A stretch of 63,885 nucleotides of DNA, counting the filler, from Octopus bimaculoides (taxonomy: Eukaryota), in the NCBI RefSeq assembly GCF_001194135.2. It is 9 parts of 6 records of this genome, joined end to end, with 100 filler letters (N's around TTAATTAATTAA, not from the genome) between each part and the next. Parts side by side here need not be neighbours in the genome. Positions count along the whole stretch, not along the records: positions 61,812 to 63,885 come from NC_068983.1; 8 more parts are not named here. The stretch is one strand, 5' to 3'. The position numbers and the translations under genes are program-made. The notes below the pieces were generated by a model. The model was not told the DNA's origin, did not search any database, and saw nothing but the letters and a program-made list of their open reading frames with translations. Below are positions 63,675 through 63,885 of this stretch, in pieces (position 1 is the first letter of the stretch; every line of letters begins with the position of its first letter).

Positions 63675-63885
63675 CTAAAGCAAGACATCCTTGCCAAAGC
63701 ACAGAGGATCCGCCGGTATGAGAAACGCCAACGTTTCTTTGAACAAAACAAACAGTTCAAATCCAACCCCAAAAAACTCTACCAAGAACTGGGTAAAAAT
63801 AAAATAGACATTACTTCAGCACCAACAGCAGAAGAACTAGAGAAATTCTGGAAACAAATATGGTCGGTGAAGCAACAACCCCAAA
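63672..63885 (+). mobile_element. 5'-truncated Dong/R4-like LINE ORF starting directly after (TAA)n
   Basis: 71 stop-free codons KLKQDILAKAQRIRRYEKRQRFFEQNKQFKSNPKKLYQEL..PTAEELEKFWKQIWS, like the pre-RT region of R4/Dong ORFs; missing from the ORF track. Confidence 0.75.

Noticed and set aside
1-63885. CRISPR arrays, rRNA, operons or terminators
   Set aside because: No regular repeat-spacer arrays or rRNA-like sequence; the DNA is eukaryotic.

Overview
AT-rich, microsatellite-dense animal genomic DNA, most likely an octopus/coleoid cephalopod draft assembly (inferred from SINE types and repeat landscape). The window is not contiguous: eight identical 100-bp linkers (N44-TTAATTAATTAA-N44) join nine pieces, so features cannot be linked across them. 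No complete host gene is visible, and most ORF-track entries are N-gap or microsatellite artefacts. Supported content is mainly mobile DNA: four tRNA-headed SINE families, RTE, CR1-like and Dong/R4-like LINE fragments (Dong abutting TAA arrays), a Gypsy integrase relic, a Helitron with PIF1 C-terminus and hairpin end, mariner, maT, hAT and piggyBac-type elements, and a rearranged Penelope-like element carrying a near-intact minimal hammerhead ribozyme. Best non-TE signals are a ~260-bp foldback, a pair of perfect CRE sites, an NRF1-type CpG-rich promoter-like end, and several unconfirmed splice-flanked candidate exons.
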